IMG/VR virus record: IMGVR_UViG_3300022213_000004
Reading direction: 5' to 3' (one strand)
DNA length: 64,000 bases
Source of the DNA: a virus
Part shown: positions 37,682-47,324 of the stretch, one piece after another
Layout of the letters: each line of letters starts with the position of its first letter
How positions within the stretch are numbered: position 1 is the stretch's first letter
The notes under the pieces: model-generated
What the model saw: only the letters and a program-made list of their open reading frames with translations
The model's database searches: none
What the model was told of the DNA's origin: nothing
Translations under genes and position numbers: made by a program

Positions 37682-37922
37682 TAAAGAGATGTCCGATCTT
37701 TCACTGGAAAGAAAGGAATGCCCAAAGTGTGGTGCTGTTTGGATTAACGGAGAGCACTACTGGTCTGGAACAGGAAAAAAAGGAAATGAATTAGATCTTG
37801 CTGGATTAGTTTGTAATAAACATGGAGATGATACTTGTATTAACTCAAGTAGAGGAAAAGAAGGTGGTGTTACTTGGGAAAAGAGATTGACTGAACTGGA
37901 ACAAGATCATCCAAACCAATGA
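37674..37922 (+). CDS. Zinc-binding hypothetical protein
   Basis: ECPKCGAVWING...DLAGLVC...CIN; AAGGAG ribosome-binding site. Confidence 0.65.
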   Translation: MTDKEMSDLSLERKECPKCGAVWINGEHYWSGTGKKGNELDLAGLVCNKHGDDTCINSSRGKEGGVTWEKRLTELEQDHPNQ

Positions 37923-38122
37923 TGCACGAACAAGAAGAGTTTATTACACGCTCAGAAGTTCAGGAGATGATTGATGCAGCAATACGACAACACAACCGTA
38001 ATGCTTCTATCATTAGTATGTGCGTCGGTTGGGTGGTTCTTGCTTTATTTGCTGAAGGACTTTTGAGACTTGTAGGAGTTATTCCTCCATTACTTCCATG
38101 GCTCAAAATCACTCTGAACTAA
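37919..38122 (+). CDS. Conserved cyanophage membrane protein
   Basis: EVQEMIDAAIRQHNRNASIISMCVGWVVLALFAEGLLRL. Confidence 0.7.
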   Translation: MMHEQEEFITRSEVQEMIDAAIRQHNRNASIISMCVGWVVLALFAEGLLRLVGVIPPLLPWLKITLN

Positions 38123-38388
38123 TATTCTTAGTTCCTTGGTTTGTTCTTGTGGTGATTGCACTGACAATGTTTGTGCAAGGTTGGATGATTATGAATGCTC
38201 GTCATGGGTATTCAAAAAGTCCAAAAGTAAAACATCCAGAATTAAACGACGTTAAAGCAGGAGATCCTCTACTAGTGGTTAGATTCACCGAAGAAGATTT
38301 GCAAGAATTGCAACAGAAAATTTTACAACAAAAAATGAATGAACTTTTTGAAGAACCATCAACTTATGAGGACGAGGAAGATGAGTAA
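38098..38388 (+). CDS. Small membrane protein (DUF2973-like)
   Basis: Transmembrane helix, then KHPELNDV...LLVVRF. Confidence 0.55.
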   Translation: MAQNHSELIFLVPWFVLVVIALTMFVQGWMIMNARHGYSKSPKVKHPELNDVKAGDPLLVVRFTEEDLQELQQKILQQKMNELFEEPSTYEDEEDE

Positions 38389-38456
38389 AACACTTTTGGC
38401 ACTAACACTCATTTATGGGTCAACTATTGGTCTGTGGATTTATTGGGGATTGACTC

Positions 38457-38657
38457 ATGCATATCCCCAATAAACAGAAGTATCACTTTGCAATGTCTGC
38501 TTTTGTAAGAATGCACGGATACGCTATTATGAACAATATAGATATTAAACAGTTTTGTGAAGAATGGTCTACTTGGGAAGTTACTGCTCCGTTACAGGGA
38601 CTTGACGAAGTGGACCAATACATGTATTATGAATATAAGAACTGGAGGGGAAGATGA
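38457..38657 (+). CDS. Hypothetical protein
   Basis: ORF track. Confidence 0.5.
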   Translation: MHIPNKQKYHFAMSAFVRMHGYAIMNNIDIKQFCEEWSTWEVTAPLQGLDEVDQYMYYEYKNWRGR

Positions 38658-38770
38658 TTTTTCAACTAGTTGAAGCACTAGCATCAAATCCTTTCTTTCT
38701 TTTTCTTTGTGGATGTGGGTTGACAGTCGTACCATTTGCTGGTATTATGTTTATACACAGAAACAAATAA

Positions 38771-38846
38771 CGGAGTATCGCCTAACTTGGTCATGGCACC
38801 TGCTTTGGGAGCAGGAATAATTTCGGTTCAAATCCGAATACTCCGA
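38771..38846 (+). tRNA. tRNA-Pro(TGG)
   Basis: Acceptor cggagta/tactccg; cctgc-tt-tgg-ga-gcagg. Confidence 0.92.
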
Positions 38847-38863
38847 TCATAAAACTTTACTTT

Positions 38864-39103
38864 ATGAAAATGTATCCAGAACATCCAGAACATCCAGAAC
38901 TTCAGACATTTACAGTAGAAGAGTTTCAAGCAGATTTTGATAACTTAATGAAAAGAGTAGAAAATGGAGAGTCTTTTATTATTAAAGATGGAGGAAGAAG
39001 TGCAGTGATAGTTCCATATAATGAAACTATAAAGTATGCGATAGATTCAGTTGTGGACGACGATGTGATACGAATACACACCGACCACGAAGAAGGTTCG
39101 TGA
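38864..39103 (+). CDS. Phd/YefM-like antitoxin-fold protein
   Basis: TFTVEEFQADFDNLMKRVENGESFIIKDGGRSAVIVP. Confidence 0.6.
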   Translation: MKMYPEHPEHPELQTFTVEEFQADFDNLMKRVENGESFIIKDGGRSAVIVPYNETIKYAIDSVVDDDVIRIHTDHEEGS

Positions 39104-39110
39104 TTTTTGT

Positions 39111-39201
39111 GGGGGCATAGTTCAACGGTAGAACAGCGGTCTTATACTCCGTATTAGCGCCAGATTAGCGCGAGGTCTTGGTTCGAATCCAAGTGTCCCT
39201 A
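39111..39201 (+). tRNA. tRNA with TAT anticodon (Ile-UAU) and long variable arm
   Basis: Acceptor gggggca/tgtccct; loop ct-tat-ac; variable arm gcgc-cagatta-gcgc; canonical T-arm. Confidence 0.75.
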
Positions 39202-39221
39202 TTCCACTTAATGTGGATTTT

Positions 39222-39292
39222 GGGCGGGTACTTTAATGGTAAAAGAGGCTCCTTATAAGGGCTCATTCGGGGTTCAATTCCCCGTCCGCCTA
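39222..39292 (+). tRNA. tRNA-Ile(TAT)
   Basis: Acceptor gggcggg/tccgcct; ggctc-ct-tat-aa-gggct; A73. Confidence 0.85.
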
Positions 39293-39339
39293 TTTTTAAT
39301 AAAACTCATATAAATAAATAGAACTGTTCTATTATAAGT

Positions 39340-39960
39340 ATGAGTTGTAAAAAACAAGGATTATTTGATAGGCATCATATTATCCCAAGATATATGGGGG
39401 GGTCTGATGAGTTTGAAAATATTGTTACGGTTTCAAGAACCTGCCACACTATGTTTCATTATTGTAATTGGTGTCTATGGAATAATAAAGAAGATTATAT
39501 TGCTTATAAAGGATTGTCATCTCAAATAACAAAACAAGACATTATCAAAGAAACTGCTAGTATTGCTGGTAAAAAATCATACGAAAATAAAACTGGTTTG
39601 TTTTCTCTTTCTATTGAAGAAAAGAAAAAATATTCCTCAATAGGAGGTAAAAAGGCAGGAAAATATATGTCCCAATCTATGTGGATTAATAATGCAGAAC
39701 AAAATAAAAGAATATTAAAAACTCAACAAATACCTGATGGGTGGATTAAAGGTAAAGTCAAAAAGAAAAAAAGAAAAAAATATGGAAGAAGTTGGGAAGA
39801 GTATATGAATACATTTTCAAATCAAACTGAAGAAAGATTGAAATATCTTAAACATATTGACTTGACAAAACGGGGGATTAAAACTAAAATTGCTAATGAT
39901 TGGGGCGTGTCTAGAACTCAAGTAAATAGATTTTTAGACAAGCATCAACTTCAACCATAG
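39340..39960 (+). CDS. HNH endonuclease
   Basis: DRHHIIPRYMGGSDEFENIVTVSRTCHTMFH; TATAAATA upstream. Confidence 0.9.
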   Translation: MSCKKQGLFDRHHIIPRYMGGSDEFENIVTVSRTCHTMFHYCNWCLWNNKEDYIAYKGLSSQITKQDIIKETASIAGKKSYENKTGLFSLSIEEKKKYSSIGGKKAGKYMSQSMWINNAEQNKRILKTQQIPDGWIKGKVKKKKRKKYGRSWEEYMNTFSNQTEERLKYLKHIDLTKRGIKTKIANDWGVSRTQVNRFLDKHQLQP

Positions 39961-40033
39961 GACAGAAACTCTACTGTCCATCTTGACTTCTCCAGGTCAA
40001 ACCTTTATAATACTAAGGTCAACATTCAAAACA

Positions 40034-40249
40034 ATGACTCTCACAGCAAAATTCAAGAAAGACGTTCAAACCCTTCGTGGTGCAGCAAATGGTGAATTCT
40101 ACCTTGATGTAAAGAATCCGAAACTCTACAAAAAGGTTCGCCGTTTCTACGAGAATGAAGGTGTAGTGTTCTCTGGTGATCCTCTGGATGATTATGAGAT
40201 GCTTATGGAATATGTTCTTGCTGATCTCGAATCCGTTGAAGTTGCTTGA
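40034..40249 (+). CDS. Conserved cyanobacterial/cyanophage hypothetical protein
   Basis: LDVKNPKLYKKVRRFYENEGVVFSGDPLDDY. Confidence 0.7.
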   Translation: MTLTAKFKKDVQTLRGAANGEFYLDVKNPKLYKKVRRFYENEGVVFSGDPLDDYEMLMEYVLADLESVEVA

Positions 40250-40303
40250 TTAAATAGTCTCGGGATGACTATAAAAGCGCACTGGTCGGGAGCAAAACCC
40301 CTT

Positions 40304-40540
40304 ATGTCTAAATCTGATTTGCTTCGGTGGATTGGAAACATTCTCCTTATAATTGGTTATCAAACTATGCTATGGGGAGAATTTAAATATGGTTTAATGA
40401 TAAAAGTTGTTGGGGGATTACTCACAATACCTTTTGCTGTTAAACTTAAACTTTGGGACGTACTATTCTTATGTGCTTTCTTTGGTATTACCGAGATATC
40501 AAAGTTAACCCAACTTTTCTTTAGTCCTGGAACGACTTAA
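40304..40540 (+). CDS. Small multi-pass membrane protein
   Basis: About three hydrophobic segments: LRWIGNILLIIGY...KLWDVLFLCAFF. Confidence 0.65.
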   Translation: MSKSDLLRWIGNILLIIGYQTMLWGEFKYGLMIKVVGGLLTIPFAVKLKLWDVLFLCAFFGITEISKLTQLFFSPGTT

Positions 40541-40599
40541 AACTTATACTGGTGGAGTCAAAATGACCCTATTATGAGTTTATTGCCTCTCTCAAGGGC

Positions 40600-40670
40600 A
40601 ATTGGTGCGGATGGGACTCTCTCCCGCCTGGTTTCCAATTTCCAGTCAAAGAATTGGTGGCGAGCCTGAA
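40600..40670 (+). ncRNA. wcaG-like cyanophage RNA motif
   Basis: gcggatggga/tcccgc hairpin; ctgg/ccag stem whose loop ccaatt pairs with downstream aattgg; upstream of a nucleotide-sugar dehydratase; family name from recall. Confidence 0.65.
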
Positions 40671-40675
40671 TTTTC

Positions 40676-40706
40676 AAAGAGGGGTTTACATAATCCCTCT
40701 TTTTTT
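40676..40706 (+). terminator. Intrinsic terminator
   Basis: aaagagggg/tccctcttt stem followed by a T-run. Confidence 0.7.
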
Positions 40707-40738
40707 GTATAATATTATAAAAGAGTAATTTTATCTTT

Positions 40739-41788
40739 ATGAGAATCGCACTAATAACTGGTATAACCGGACAAGATGGTTCGTATTTAGCCGAACTTCT
40801 TTTGGAAAAAGGTTATAAAGTTCATGGAATCATTCGTAGAAATTCTACATCTGATCCTACTGATAGAATTAAACAACTTCTAGATAATCCAAATATTACT
40901 CTTCATTATGGGGATTTATCTGATTTTTCTAATGTAACTTCTTTAATTCAAGAAACAAAACCAGATGAGATTTATAATCTTGCAGCACAAAGTCATGTAA
41001 AGGTTTCTTTTTCAAACTCTTTGTATACCACTGATATCAATGCAGTCGGTGTGACTAGAATATTGGAAGCTATTAGGGTTCTTGGGTTGGAAGGTAAAAC
41101 TAAATTTTATCAAGCTTCAACTTCTGAAATGTTTGGTAAAGTTCAAGAAGTTCCTCAAAAAGAAACTACTCCATTTTATCCTAGGTCTCCGTATGGAGTA
41201 GCAAAACTATATGCTTACTGGTTAGTTAGAAACTATAGAGAATCATATAATTTATTTGCATGTAATGGAATTCTTTTTAATCACGAGTCTCCTAGAAGAG
41301 GAGAATTATTTGTAACAAGAAAAATTACAAAAACTCTTGCGGAAATTAAAACGGGAATTAAAAAAGGACCTCTTGAACTTGGAAACCTTGATGCAAAACG
41401 TGATTGGGGACATGCCAAAGATTATGTTAGGGGTATGTGGATGATGTTGCAAGAAAAAGTTTCTGATGATTATATTTTAAGTATGGAAGAACAACATTCT
41501 GTTAGGGATTTTGTTAACATTTCTTGTAAAAATTTGGGATTTGATATAGAGTGGATTGGAAGTAATATAAATGAAGTTGGTGTAGATAAAAATACTGGAA
41601 AAACAATCATTCAGATTAATCCTGATTATTATCGTCCAGCTGAAGTAGAAACTCTTATTGGAGACTGTACAAAGGCAAAAACAACACTTGGGTGGAAACC
41701 AGAATACACATTTACAAATTTAGTAGAAGAAATGTGTGAATATGATCTTAAAAAAGCATTGGAGAAAAAAAATGAGTATGTATACTGA
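40739..41788 (+). CDS. gmd: GDP-mannose 4,6-dehydratase
   Basis: [41 protein letters not shown] and FNHESPRRG motifs. Confidence 0.97.
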   Translation: MRIALITGITGQDGSYLAELLLEKGYKVHGIIRRNSTSDPTDRIKQLLDNPNITLHYGDLSDFSNVTSLIQETKPDEIYNLAAQSHVKVSFSNSLYTTDINAVGVTRILEAIRVLGLEGKTKFYQASTSEMFGKVQEVPQKETTPFYPRSPYGVAKLYAYWLVRNYRESYNLFACNGILFNHESPRRGELFVTRKITKTLAEIKTGIKKGPLELGNLDAKRDWGHAKDYVRGMWMMLQEKVSDDYILSMEEQHSVRDFVNISCKNLGFDIEWIGSNINEVGVDKNTGKTIIQINPDYYRPAEVETLIGDCTKAKTTLGWKPEYTFTNLVEEMCEYDLKKALEKKNEYVY

Positions 41789-43007
41789 AATTCAATCATG
41801 CAGAGTTAGTAAGACGCAAGATCTTGTAACATTTTTGAACCTGGGAAATCAAAAATTAACAGGAGTCTTTCCAAAACCAGAAGAAAATTTAGAATCTGGT
41901 CCGCTGGAATTGGTGTGGAGTCCTTCTAGTTATCTGGTTCAATTAAAACACACTTTTGAACCTACAGAAATGTATGGCGATAACTATGGATATCGTTCTG
42001 GATTAAATAATTCAATGGTTCAACACCTTGTCAATAAAGCAAAATATTTAATTGAATTGTCTGAATTGAAACCTGGTGATGTTGTTGTTGATATTGGATC
42101 TAATGATTGTACAACATTAAAGGCATTTCCTTCTGATGTAAAAAGAATAGGAATCGATCCTACTATTAAAAAGTTTTCACAATATTATCCAGATGATATT
42201 CCATACGTTGCAGACTTCTTTTCGGAAGATTCTTATCGTTCTATTGAAAAAAATAAGAATGCAAAATTGGTAATGTCTATTGCCTGTTTTTATGATCTTG
42301 AAGATCCTATTTCTTTCGTTAAGGATATTCGGTCTATCCTTTCTGATGATGGTCTTTGGCATTTTGAGCAGGCTTATCTTCCATCTACATTGAGATCTCT
42401 TTCTTACGATACTGCTTGTCATGAGCATATTGAATATTATTCAATGTTATCAATTGAAAATATTCTTAAACAAGCGGGGATGAAAATCGTTGATGTGACA
42501 TTAAATGATATTAATGGTGGTAGTTTTGCTGTTACTGCATGTAAAGATACTAATACATCAATTAAAGTCAATCACGCTGTTATTAATTGGTTGATTGATG
42601 AAGAGTATAAAATGGGTCTTCATACTGTGAAACCTTATTTTGAGTTTGCTCAAAGAACCTATGAGCATCGGGATTCTCTAATCAGTCTTGTTCGTTCTTT
42701 GCGAGCAGATGGCAAAACAATTTATGGATATGGTGCTTCAACTAAAGGTAACGTTCTTCTTCAGTGGTGTGGATTTACTTCAGATGATATTACTGCAATT
42801 GGTGAAGTAAATTCTGATAAATTTGGATGTGTAACTCCGGGTACAAATATTCCTATTGTTTCAGAAGAAGAAGTTAAGAGTAATAATCCAGATTATTTGA
42901 TTGTCTTGCCTTGGCATTTTAAAAATGGAATCGTTCAGCGAGAAAAGGAATATATGAATTCTGGTGGTAAGTTTATCTTTCCTCTTCCTTATATTCAAAT
43001 TATTTGA
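41772..43007 (+). CDS. NDP-hexose C-methyltransferase
   Basis: [27 protein letters not shown] and LIVLPWHF motifs. Confidence 0.85.
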   Translation: MSMYTEIQSCRVSKTQDLVTFLNLGNQKLTGVFPKPEENLESGPLELVWSPSSYLVQLKHTFEPTEMYGDNYGYRSGLNNSMVQHLVNKAKYLIELSELKPGDVVVDIGSNDCTTLKAFPSDVKRIGIDPTIKKFSQYYPDDIPYVADFFSEDSYRSIEKNKNAKLVMSIACFYDLEDPISFVKDIRSILSDDGLWHFEQAYLPSTLRSLSYDTACHEHIEYYSMLSIENILKQAGMKIVDVTLNDINGGSFAVTACKDTNTSIKVNHAVINWLIDEEYKMGLHTVKPYFEFAQRTYEHRDSLISLVRSLRADGKTIYGYGASTKGNVLLQWCGFTSDDITAIGEVNSDKFGCVTPGTNIPIVSEEEVKSNNPDYLIVLPWHFKNGIVQREKEYMNSGGKFIFPLPYIQII

Positions 43008-43008
43008 T

Positions 43009-43944
43009 ATGAATATTTTAGTTATTAATCACTCAGAAAAACAATGTGGTGTTTATCAATACGGGAAAAGAGTTGCGGAGATTCTAAAAAATTCAAAAAA
43101 TCATAATTTTGTTTATTTGGAAATAGATTCTCATGCAGAACTAGATCTTGAAATAGAAAAACATTCTCCAAATTTTATAATCTATAACTGGACTGGGGGA
43201 ACCATGCCGTGGGTTACGCCCGAAACAGTTCAAAACCTAAGACAAAATCAAATAAAACAATTTTTATTAGTTCATAATACATGGAATTATTCCAAGTTCT
43301 TTGATGGATATTTACATCAACATCCTTATTGGAACAATGTTGATAATGTAAATTTTGCAATTCCTAGACCACTTCCTTTCTTTCATAAAGAAAAAGAAAA
43401 TAATTCTTCTGACGTTATTCGTATAGGATCTTTTGGTTTTGGATTAGTTAATAAGTATTTTGATGAGGTTTGTAGAATCGTTAATGAACAATTTGATGAC
43501 GATTTAGTTGAACTTAGGTTGCATTTAACATCGGGGGCTTTTGCTGGTTCAAACCAAAATATTTCACATGTAAAACATTCATGCTACAATAATATTACTA
43601 AACCTACTATCAAATTAAATATAACTACTGATTTTATAAGTGATGTTGAATTGCTTAATTTTTTGTATGGGAATAATTTAAATATATTTTTCTACCAAGA
43701 TTATCCAGACTATAATGGGATATCATCCGTAATTGACTATGCCCTTGCTGTTGAAAAACCAATAGCAATTAATAAAAGTTCTATGTATTCTCATATTTTA
43801 GATACTGAACCTTCAATCTGTGTTGAAGATATGGATCTAAGAGGTATTATTTCTAATGGATTTGCTCCATTACAAGAAAGAAAAAATTCTTGGTCTCATG
43901 AAAACTTTATATATACTTTTGAAAAAATAATTGAAAACTTTTGA
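43009..43944 (+). CDS. Putative glycosyltransferase
   Basis: CGVYQYG...IGSFGFG...GISSVIDYALAVEKP. Confidence 0.6.
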   Translation: MNILVINHSEKQCGVYQYGKRVAEILKNSKNHNFVYLEIDSHAELDLEIEKHSPNFIIYNWTGGTMPWVTPETVQNLRQNQIKQFLLVHNTWNYSKFFDGYLHQHPYWNNVDNVNFAIPRPLPFFHKEKENNSSDVIRIGSFGFGLVNKYFDEVCRIVNEQFDDDLVELRLHLTSGAFAGSNQNISHVKHSCYNNITKPTIKLNITTDFISDVELLNFLYGNNLNIFFYQDYPDYNGISSVIDYALAVEKPIAINKSSMYSHILDTEPSICVEDMDLRGIISNGFAPLQERKNSWSHENFIYTFEKIIENF

Positions 43945-44561
43945 GTGAAAATATGCAGTTTTATTCTGACGCTAAACAAGATGAGTTTGTTGCAAATCTT
44001 TTAGAATTTAAGAGAGATGGGTATTGTGTGGATATTGGATCATGCCATTCCATATATTCAAACAATACTTTTGCTTTTCAAGAATTAGGTTGGACTTCAA
44101 TAAGTGTTGAAATTCAAAGCAGTTATAACTCTAGTTACTCTTCTACAAGAAAACTGGGTGTTCATTTGAATGAAAGTGCTCTAGAAGTAAATTATAAAGA
44201 AGTTTTTGAGGAATGTGAATTTCCAAAAAATATAGACTACTTATCTATTGATATCGATACTTTATCTTGCGATGTTCTAAAAATAATTCCATTTGATGAA
44301 TATTCTTTTAAAGTAATTACTATTGAGCATGATGGATATCTTTATGGTGATCAATATAGAAAAATTCAAAGAGATTTTTTGAAAGAGAAAGGATATCTTA
44401 TATTATGTTCTAATGTTTATGTTGAACAAGATAAATATTATGGTAAAGAATATCCATTTGAAGATTGGTGGATTAATCCAAGTGATTTTTCTACAGAGTT
44501 GATTGAAAAAATCAAATCAGATTCTTTGCTTCCATCGCAGATTATAGAAAAATTTAATTGA
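43941..44561 (+). CDS. FkbM-like methyltransferase
   Basis: YSDAKQD...VDIGS...NNT...IDYLSIDID...FKVITIEHD. Confidence 0.75.
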   Translation: MSENMQFYSDAKQDEFVANLLEFKRDGYCVDIGSCHSIYSNNTFAFQELGWTSISVEIQSSYNSSYSSTRKLGVHLNESALEVNYKEVFEECEFPKNIDYLSIDIDTLSCDVLKIIPFDEYSFKVITIEHDGYLYGDQYRKIQRDFLKEKGYLILCSNVYVEQDKYYGKEYPFEDWWINPSDFSTELIEKIKSDSLLPSQIIEKFN

Positions 44562-44770
44562 TTAAAATTAATAAAAAACAAAAAATTAAAGATAAAATTA
44601 TAGAAATATCCAAACTTGGGTTAACGGATAAAGCAACATATCATTCTTATGAAGATGTTTATCCACATTTTTATGATGATTATTTGAAAGATGGTAGATT
44701 CGAGGTTATTGATCTTAGAAAAAACAAAGGAAGAGGTGATGATATAATAGATGTTTATTATAAGAAGTAA
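44558..44770 (+). pseudogene. Internally deleted methyltransferase-like ORF
   Basis: TDKATYHSYEDVY (N-terminal motif) joined directly to IDLRKNKGRGDD (C-terminal motif). Confidence 0.45.
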
Positions 44771-44776
44771 TAAATT

Positions 44777-45742
44777 ATGAAATATTCAAAGGTCATTATT
44801 TGGGGTCATCCTTTATATTCTCATACTCATTCTTACGTACATTCTTCATACTATAAAGCTTTTAAGTATCTTGGGTATGATGTCTATTGGTTTCATGATG
44901 ATGATTACCCAGTTGATTTTGATTATACGAATACTTTGTTTATTGGAGAGGGATTTGCAGATTCTAAAATACCATTAAATGATAGTAGTTGTTATATGAT
45001 TATGTACTGTCCATCACCAAAAAAATATGAAGGCGTTGGTAGATATATTGATATTCGTATGGCAGCAGTAGATTTTAAAGATCATATTCAAGAGTACTCC
45101 CTTGACAAAAATACTGCGAAAAAAATAGGTCCAGCTTGTTACTTTGTTCCGAAAACTTCTGAAAAAGTTAGGATAAAAAATGATTATCATGATTATGAGA
45201 TGGGTGATTTTGACAAGGTTTATATTAGCTGGGCTACAAACCTTTTACCTCATGAAATAGATTATGATGATATGTATATTCCCAGAGAACCAAATATTTA
45301 TTTCTGTGGGACTATATCGGGTTCTGGTCTTGGAGAAAATTTTTCAAATTGGGGTCCTTTTATTGGAGAAGTAAAGAAATCTGGATATGGATTTATTCCA
45401 AATGATCCATGGCAAAATCCATTATCGGATGAAGAAGTCATAAGAAGAATGAGAGAGTCTCTTTTGGGAGTTGACATACGTGGACCTTTGCACATTAAGC
45501 AAAGATTGCTTACTTGTAGAGTGTTTAAAAATATTAGTTACGGGCATCTTGGAGTTACAAATTCCGAAGAAATTTATAATGAGATGGAAGGAAACTGCGT
45601 TTATAATTCCAATACCGCAGAACTTTTTCATGATGCTATGACAAAACGGGAAGATGCTGATATGATAGAAAGGGGTATGAAACTAGTTAAGGAAAAACAT
45701 ACTTATATCAATAGAATTGAATCATTACTTTCTATTTTGTGA
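44777..45742 (+). CDS. Putative glycosyltransferase (YkvP/CgeB-like C-terminus)
   Basis: CRVFKNISYG...KEKHTYINRI. Confidence 0.65.
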   Translation: MKYSKVIIWGHPLYSHTHSYVHSSYYKAFKYLGYDVYWFHDDDYPVDFDYTNTLFIGEGFADSKIPLNDSSCYMIMYCPSPKKYEGVGRYIDIRMAAVDFKDHIQEYSLDKNTAKKIGPACYFVPKTSEKVRIKNDYHDYEMGDFDKVYISWATNLLPHEIDYDDMYIPREPNIYFCGTISGSGLGENFSNWGPFIGEVKKSGYGFIPNDPWQNPLSDEEVIRRMRESLLGVDIRGPLHIKQRLLTCRVFKNISYGHLGVTNSEEIYNEMEGNCVYNSNTAELFHDAMTKREDADMIERGMKLVKEKHTYINRIESLLSIL

Positions 45743-45745
45743 TTT

Positions 45746-46501
45746 ATGAAACTTGGATTTTTTTATACCGTTTTTAAAGAAAAAAGGGCAACAGAATATT
45801 CTATTCAACAATTAAGAAATATCTATCCGGATTCTTCAATATACTTAGTATCTGATGGTGGTTTAGATTTTTCATATCTGGAAGATGAATATGAAAATTT
45901 AAAAACCTCATTAGAGGAAGATACTATGGGAGATACATTTAATATTACTGCAGGTTCAACGGGATGTGATTATAACGTTGGTAACTATAGAGAAGAATTT
46001 TACCAAAAAGCAATAAAAAAATGTGCATATACTGTTTTAGATAGAATTGTAAGATCTATTGAATATTGCAATTATCCAGATTGGATGGTAATGTGTGATC
46101 CAGACTGTTTGATACGGGGGGAGTTAAATTTTTCTGAAAATGCAAAAATACTAGGTAGTAGAGTAAATTGTTGTTTACCTCAAGGATATCAAAACTTACT
46201 AAGGAGCATTCCTGGAGCAGTTCCAATATCTAACTGGGGAGCATCTCCTTGTGTTTTTGAAGTAAAAACTTTTTTAAAAGCATTAGAAAAGTTTAGGTAT
46301 CTTGACACTACAGAAAATCTTTTGGATAAGTTGTGTTTAGAATTTTATGCGATGTATGCTCATGATGTTTTATTTCCAACAATATTTGCATTAGTTGGAG
46401 AAGAAGAGGTTTTTAATCATGATGTAGTAGAATGTACAAGAAATGCAAATTGGAAAAACACTTCCCATCCATTAGTTCATCAGTTTAGAGAATATTATTA
46501 A
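45746..46501 (+). CDS. Putative GT-A fold glycosyltransferase
   Basis: LVSDGG; DPD (DxD) motif; position within the glycosylation island. Confidence 0.55.
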   Translation: MKLGFFYTVFKEKRATEYSIQQLRNIYPDSSIYLVSDGGLDFSYLEDEYENLKTSLEEDTMGDTFNITAGSTGCDYNVGNYREEFYQKAIKKCAYTVLDRIVRSIEYCNYPDWMVMCDPDCLIRGELNFSENAKILGSRVNCCLPQGYQNLLRSIPGAVPISNWGASPCVFEVKTFLKALEKFRYLDTTENLLDKLCLEFYAMYAHDVLFPTIFALVGEEEVFNHDVVECTRNANWKNTSHPLVHQFREYY

Positions 46502-46503
46502 AA

Positions 46504-47322
46504 ATGATAGGTTTTAATCATCTTGGGCAAATGGGTAGACTTGGAAATCAAATGTTCCAGTGTGCCGGTTTAGTTGGAATTGCCGAAAAGAGAGGATTTG
46601 AGTATTGCATTCCTGACCATTCAATGTACCATGATTATGGTAGATATCGATATCATGAACTTCAATCTTGCTTTAAAATGAAAGATTTTGAAGGTAGATA
46701 TGGATATGTTGATGGTAATATAGTTCAATTAGATCAATATCATTTTTGCGAAGAACTTTTAGAGGAATGTCCAGATGATTGCACTTTAATTGGATATTTT
46801 GAATCTGAAAAATATTTCAAACATATTGAAGATAAAATTAGAAAAAACTATCAGTTTCTGGATTCTATAGTAGAAATATGCTATAATTACGGTAGAGATT
46901 ATTTAAAAGATAATCCTGTAGGTCTTGTTGTTCGTAGGGGTGATTTCCTTGCAGAACATAATAAAAATAGACATAGTGTTTGTAGTGTTGAATACTATCA
47001 GAAAGCTTTAGAAAAATTTAAAGATAGAATGATTTTAGTTTTCTCTGACGATATTCCTTGGTGCAAAGACCAAGAAGTATTTCAAAATAAAAATACTTTT
47101 TTTGTTGAGGGTGAAAACAAAATATTCAAAGGGCATTTTGATTTGTGTTTGCTCAGTATGTGCTCAGATTTTATTATTGCTAATAGTACTTTTAGTTGGT
47201 GGGGTGCTTGGTTATCCTCTAATAAAGACAAAAAAGTTATTGCACCTAAAAAGTGGTATGGTCCAGAGCTAGAACATTTAATATTAAAAGATCAATTGCC
47301 TGATAACTGGGAAAGAATTTAG
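46504..47322 (+). CDS. Alpha-1,2-fucosyltransferase (GT11)
   Basis: GRLGNQMFQ, VRRGDF, FSDD and IANSTFSWWGAWL motifs. Confidence 0.9.
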   Translation: MIGFNHLGQMGRLGNQMFQCAGLVGIAEKRGFEYCIPDHSMYHDYGRYRYHELQSCFKMKDFEGRYGYVDGNIVQLDQYHFCEELLEECPDDCTLIGYFESEKYFKHIEDKIRKNYQFLDSIVEICYNYGRDYLKDNPVGLVVRRGDFLAEHNKNRHSVCSVEYYQKALEKFKDRMILVFSDDIPWCKDQEVFQNKNTFFVEGENKIFKGHFDLCLLSMCSDFIIANSTFSWWGAWLSSNKDKKVIAPKKWYGPELEHLILKDQLPDNWERI

Positions 47323-47324
47323 TC

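Noticed and set aside
35238-39300. HDV-like (theta) ribozymes after tRNAs
   Set aside because: I could not identify the nested double-pseudoknot pattern by eye; a motif search would be needed to exclude it.
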